Assembly (NCBI RefSeq): GCF_036321535.1
Contig: NC_087436.1
Location: forward strand, 117,678,001-117,742,000
Reading direction: 5' to 3'
DNA from: Camelus dromedarius
Lineage: Eukaryota
DNA: 64,000 bases
The notes under the pieces are model-generated. The model was not told the DNA's origin and made no database searches. It was given only the letters and a program-made list of their open reading frames with translations. Positions 60,005 to 64,000 of the stretch are shown piece by piece (position 1 is the stretch's first letter; every line of letters begins with the position of its first letter). The translations under genes were made by a program, and so were the position numbers.

Positions 60005-60545
60005 TTGTAGTAGACAGTACTTTCTGAAGACGGCTGCCTCAGTATCTCCCATTCCACATGTCCTTCTGATACGTGACATCGACACCCCTCACAATGAATG
60101 ATGGGGTCTCTGTTTTCTCCCTTTGAACCTGGGCAGGCTTGTGACTTTTGTGAAAGGGACCCTATGTGACTTCCAAGGCTAGATCATTAGATCATGAAAA
60201 TGCCATGTGTGTCTGCCTTGCTCTCTTGGGTCACTGTCTCTTGGAAGCCAACCACCATGCTGTCAGTAAGCCCAACCCAGCCCACGGGGAGAGGCCCCAT
60301 GTGTCCCAACCAACAACCCAGCTGACAGGTAGCATCAACCACGAGACATGGGAGTGAAGATGCCTAAAGATGATTCCAGCCTTCAAGCCCACCATCCATT
60401 TGGGTCTCCTGGCTGAGGCCCAGAGTGTGGGAACAGAGACAAACCCTGCCCAAATTCCCAACCTACAGAACCATGAGCATGCCAAGATGCTTGTTTAATG
60501 CCACTGCGTTTTAGGGTTTGTTTGTTACTCAGCAGCATCCATGGT
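60005..60545 (+). mobile_element. MaLR LTR (MLT1F/G-like)
   Basis: ccctttgaacctgggcaggcttgtgact...gtgacttccaaggctagatcat...gatgattccagcc...ccctgcccaaattcccaacctacagaaccatgagc. Confidence 0.8.
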
Positions 60546-60919
60546 GAGAGGAGCTGATGTGTCCTGAGCACTTGCTGCCTGCTTCATATTCTGTTAAGAG
60601 TTTATAGAGTCCGAGGTGGAAGCTACTTTATTTCTGGACCAGAGATTCTCTACCCCAGGGAGATGAAAAATGTAGGTTTCCAGGTCCCATCCCAAACCTG
60701 CTGAGTCAGCTTCATGCCCAGCATCCCAATGGCTATGAATTCACTGACTAAGGCAGGGTCAGATCAAGCCCAGGAGAAGGGACAGGTCAGCTGGGTTCAA
60801 CTGAATGCAGCAAATGTTACTGATAGCCCTTACCATGTGCCAGATGCCTGGGCTTAACAGCCCTCAGTCTTGTAGAAGATGGAGCACAGGATGAAGTTGA
60901 CATAATGCAAATGAGGAGG

Positions 60920-61015
60920 GCTTGGCAGCCAATAACTATTTATCAGGCTCTTATGGGACACTTTCTCGGGTACTTTATGTACACAAGACTCTTCCATGAC
61001 CTCACAAATGCTTTT

Positions 61016-61067
<52 letters not shown>

Positions 61068-61180
61068 CACAGAGAATGAGAATGTTTAAGTAATGTTCCT
61101 AAATTGTCTTATTGTCTTGCTAGAAAGTAACTAGCCAGGATCTAAACCCAGATCTGTTTCGTTCCAAAGCCTCTGTCTTT
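60920..61180 (-). mobile_element. MIR containing an (ATG)n expansion
   Basis: aactatttatcaggctcttatg...tttaagtaatgttcc...ctagaaagtaactagccaggatctaaacccagatctg. Confidence 0.6.
61016..61066. repeat. (ATG)17 microsatellite
   Basis: Read directly from the sequence. Confidence 0.97.
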
Positions 61181-61244
61181 TCTTAGATCCTGCTCCCTCC
61201 TGGAGTAAGAGTGTGGTGCTCAGAGAAAGGAGCTGTTATTCCTA

Positions 61245-61670
61245 GTTGTGGGATGTTGGGCTGTCTCTCAGTATCCATTCCCCCTTCTTTCTTAGTGATG
61301 GGCACATTACTCCATTCCCCAGCTGCTTTTGCACCTGGGTGACCAAGAGACCAAGTTCTGGATAGTAAGATGCAAACGGAAGTCTTGTGTGGTATTTCTG
61401 GAAACCCTCCTGAAAAAGAGAGCATACATTCTTCTTCCCATCTTCTTTAAAATTTTTCTGTCAGGAAAGCAGATGCAATGTCTGGAGCTCTGGCAATCAT
61501 ATTAGCCCATGAGGACAAGTGTACGCTCCAGGAATTGCAGCTACCATACTTGTCCTGGGGTCATCTGCCTCAGGTCATCCTTATGAAAGAGAGACTGAGC
61601 TTTTATCTTGTTTCGGCCACTGTTATATTGTCTTGTTTCCTCTGGCTAAACTGGATCCTGATTGATACAA
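61245..61670 (+). mobile_element. MaLR LTR (MLT1J-like)
   Basis: ccattcccccttctttcttagt...accaagttctggatagtaagatgcaaacggaagtc...gatgcaatgtctggagctctggcaatcat...atcctgattgataca. Confidence 0.7.
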
Positions 61671-61679
61671 TGGGCAACA

Positions 61680-62090
61680 GATAAGGCTTTGAGGAAGAAA
61701 ATGAACTTGGGTTGGGTTTTGAAAGATGGGTAGGACCAAGACATGTGGTGATGGGAAAAGAAGTTCCTTAAGGGCTTGGGAACAGTAAGAGTGAGGAGGG
61801 TCCTTGGGGCAGTGTGTGGAGTATGATAGGGGGACTTAGGAGCTAACAGGGTTGGAGCAAGATTTTGGAAAGAGCCTTGAATGCCAAGGAGAGAAGATAC
61901 AATTTCAGTTGTTAGGCACTGGGGCACCACTGCAGGTGTCTGAGTAGAAGAGTGACGTGTTCAGAACTGTGTCTTCCCTTTAGGGAGATCTATAGGAAGA
62001 ACTGGAGAGAGGTGAGCCCAGGCTGTTGGGGGTGGGAATTGGTTGGGAAGGAGGTATGGAGACCAGCTGTTCCAATGGTCCATGGACTAG
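61680..62090 (-). mobile_element. L2 fragment
   Basis: agagccttgaatgccaagg...taggcactggggcaccactgcaggtgtctgagtagaagagtgac. Confidence 0.65.
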
Positions 62091-62676
62091 TTAATTGACT
62101 GAACAATGGTGTGATAATACTACAGATAATTTAATGATGGACAAGAAAGTGTGATAACACATGAAGTTACTCATGGTGAGTTGTTCTATGGCAAAAACAG
62201 GTCCCCCAAACAGCATGCAAGAAGATAAGCAGTTCCTGAAAGTTAAAAAAAAAAAAACTATATGCATTTTTAAAAAAGCCAACAAGGTTATTCTCCAATG
62301 GTTAACAATAGTTCCTGCTAGGTAGGAGGATTTGGGGTTGATTTTTGTTTCTTCTTTTTGCTTGCTGTTTTCTAAAGGGTTAATAATAATAATAATAGCT
62401 GAGCTCTCCGGCAGGCTCACAGAGGTCTGTACTTGGTTCCATCTTTTCATGCATCCATTTTTTCATGCATCAACTCTTTCAATCCTCCCAATACCCCATG
62501 AGGGAGAGCCTTTAATTTTCCTCTTATTGTATTTGAGGAAATGGGGTGTGGGGAGGGGGAGCAGACAGTATGGGCCTTGGTCAAAGGAAAGGAAGCAGTG
62601 GAGAGAGGGGGCTGATGTGGTGAGGGAGCAGAAGTCCCAGCTGGAGTGGCCTCCCAGAGCCAGAGAGGAGAGGAGA

Positions 62677-63180
62677 TGAAGAGGTGGGAGGAATGGGAAG
62701 AACAAATCTGACTCTGTATTGGGTCTGTTTCTTTTACTCTACCCTTTGTCTTCCATTGCTTTTGCTACAAGTTAATCACTAAGTGATGTTGCCCATAAGC
62801 TTAAATGATACATAATTGCCCATCTCTGGGAACCCTGCCTCCCAGCTTTAAGCTTTGAACATTAAGCTAAAATACCTTTGCGTAGCTCACAGGAAACACC
62901 CTGACCAGGCCACCTGTGACTGACTGCCGGAAGGAAGAAATTAACACATCCCCTCTGGAGGCTGACAGGACCCAGGAAATGTTTGACTTTACTCGCTCCC
63001 CTTTTAGGATAAAGAAGCCTGAATTCTAACTCAGGATAGATGGTTCTTTGGGACACTAGTCCACCATCTTCTTGTTTTGCTGGTTTTCTGAATAAAGTCA
63101 CTATTCCTTGCCCCAACAGCTTGTTTCTCAGTTTACTGGCCTGTTGTGAAGTGAGCAGTGTGAGCTTGGACTCGGTAACA
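62677..63180 (+). mobile_element. Solo ERV1 LTR (MER41-like)
   Basis: TG...CA ends. R/U5 gatggttctttgggacactagtccaccatcttc..gctggttttctgAATAAAgtcactattccttgccccaaca...gagcttggactcggtaaca. Confidence 0.8.
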
Positions 63181-63229
63181 AATGGCCCTTTCTCAGTAAT
63201 CGTGGTGCATGTCAGTACGGGTCCCGACA

Positions 63230-63400
63230 GCTTCTAAAGCACATCGTGTGCCTCCTTCCCTACTATGCGCGTGTCAGGTACGGCGGTTATTCTCTTATGG
63301 AAGAGGAAACAGAGGCTCAGCGGGCTTAGCAAATTGCTCAAGATAACAAAGTGTGTGAGTCAGGATTTGAACCTGGAGCTCTCTGCCTGGCTCAAAATTT
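63230..63400 (-). mobile_element. MIR
   Basis: gaggaaacagaggctcagcgggcttagcaaattgctcaagataaca...gagtcaggatttgaacctgg. Confidence 0.65.
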
Positions 63401-64000
63401 CTTTCTAATCTCCCTACCACACCCTGCCAAAAAAGGTGCTAGTTTCAGTAAATACTGGAAATCTGGCTATTTGGCCCTCTTGGCTCCCTGAAGCCATCAG
63501 ATTCTGTAACTGCAGCTAGAATCATTTAAGAAGAGACCTTTGATGCCCTGCTTTTTGGCTAGAGTCTTAGTCTTGAGCTGCTCACCTGACCTGTCTGCAT
63601 TTCTTAGACCAACAAGACCCTGATTTCACTGGCTTCTGTTTATGGGCCAGATTCCTTCCTCAAGCTGGATCATTCATCCAGCTTCCTTAGCCACCTTCTT
63701 AACCAAAATTGAAACTGCCGTTGACCTCCTGGGGTAAGGGCTCTACCCAACCCGACCTGGTCCCTGGGCTCCCTCCTCGGCCTAAGCCCCTCCCCCTGCA
63801 GGTAACCCTACCCGGCCATCTCCCCATCCTCCACCCTCCCCTCCTTTGCCAACCACGTCCTGCACCTGCCAAGGCCACCCCTCCAGGGGAAAAGCCCCAG
63901 AGAACACTCTGTCCCCCATGTCAGACGCTTCCCTAATTCCCCTGATCTTTCGCTGTTTCAGTTTATCGCAAATGATTTTCCAAGCCGGTGGATTTAATTA

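Noticed and set aside
60905..61093. ORF with a poly-Met run
   Set aside because: It is a translation of the (ATG)17 microsatellite inside a MIR.
1..64000. Naming the neighbouring gene or exact species
   Set aside because: There is no coding anchor in the window. The camelid assignment rests on SINE resemblance only and needs an alignment.

Overview
This is mammalian genomic DNA that looks intergenic or deeply intronic. I cannot support any host protein-coding exon, rRNA, tRNA gene or CRISPR array. The only ORFs I recognise are fragments of the LINE-1 ORF2 C-terminus. Six copies of a tRNA-derived SINE (head GGGGAGGGTATAGCTCAGTGGTAGAG...GGTTCAATCCCCAG, tail TAAATAAACCTAATTACC) resemble the camelid vic-1-type SINE. 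I saw no Alu, B1/B2, Bov-tA, PRE1 or SINEC, so the source is probably a camelid (inference). Most of the window is a layered mosaic of MIR, L2, old and young L1, MaLR/ERVL/ERV1 LTRs and hAT/Tigger MITEs. Two CpG-rich islands (about 13.3-13.8 kb and 55.5-56.3 kb) and several repeat-free, motif-dense blocks suggest a cis-regulatory landscape of a gene outside the window. The best-supported oddities concern retrotransposition. They are: a SINE-L1 chimera inside one target-site duplication (TSD) that splits a MIR; SINE copies with unique AATAAA/T-run tails; a solo LTR with a tandem CCAAT array plus two octamers; a twin-priming L1 inversion; a prematurely polyadenylated L1; and a TSD-flanked L1/ERV-PBS composite. 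I found no evidence of a new multi-gene system. Repeat subfamily names come from remembered consensus motifs, not a database search, and boundaries of old repeats are approximate (tens of bp).
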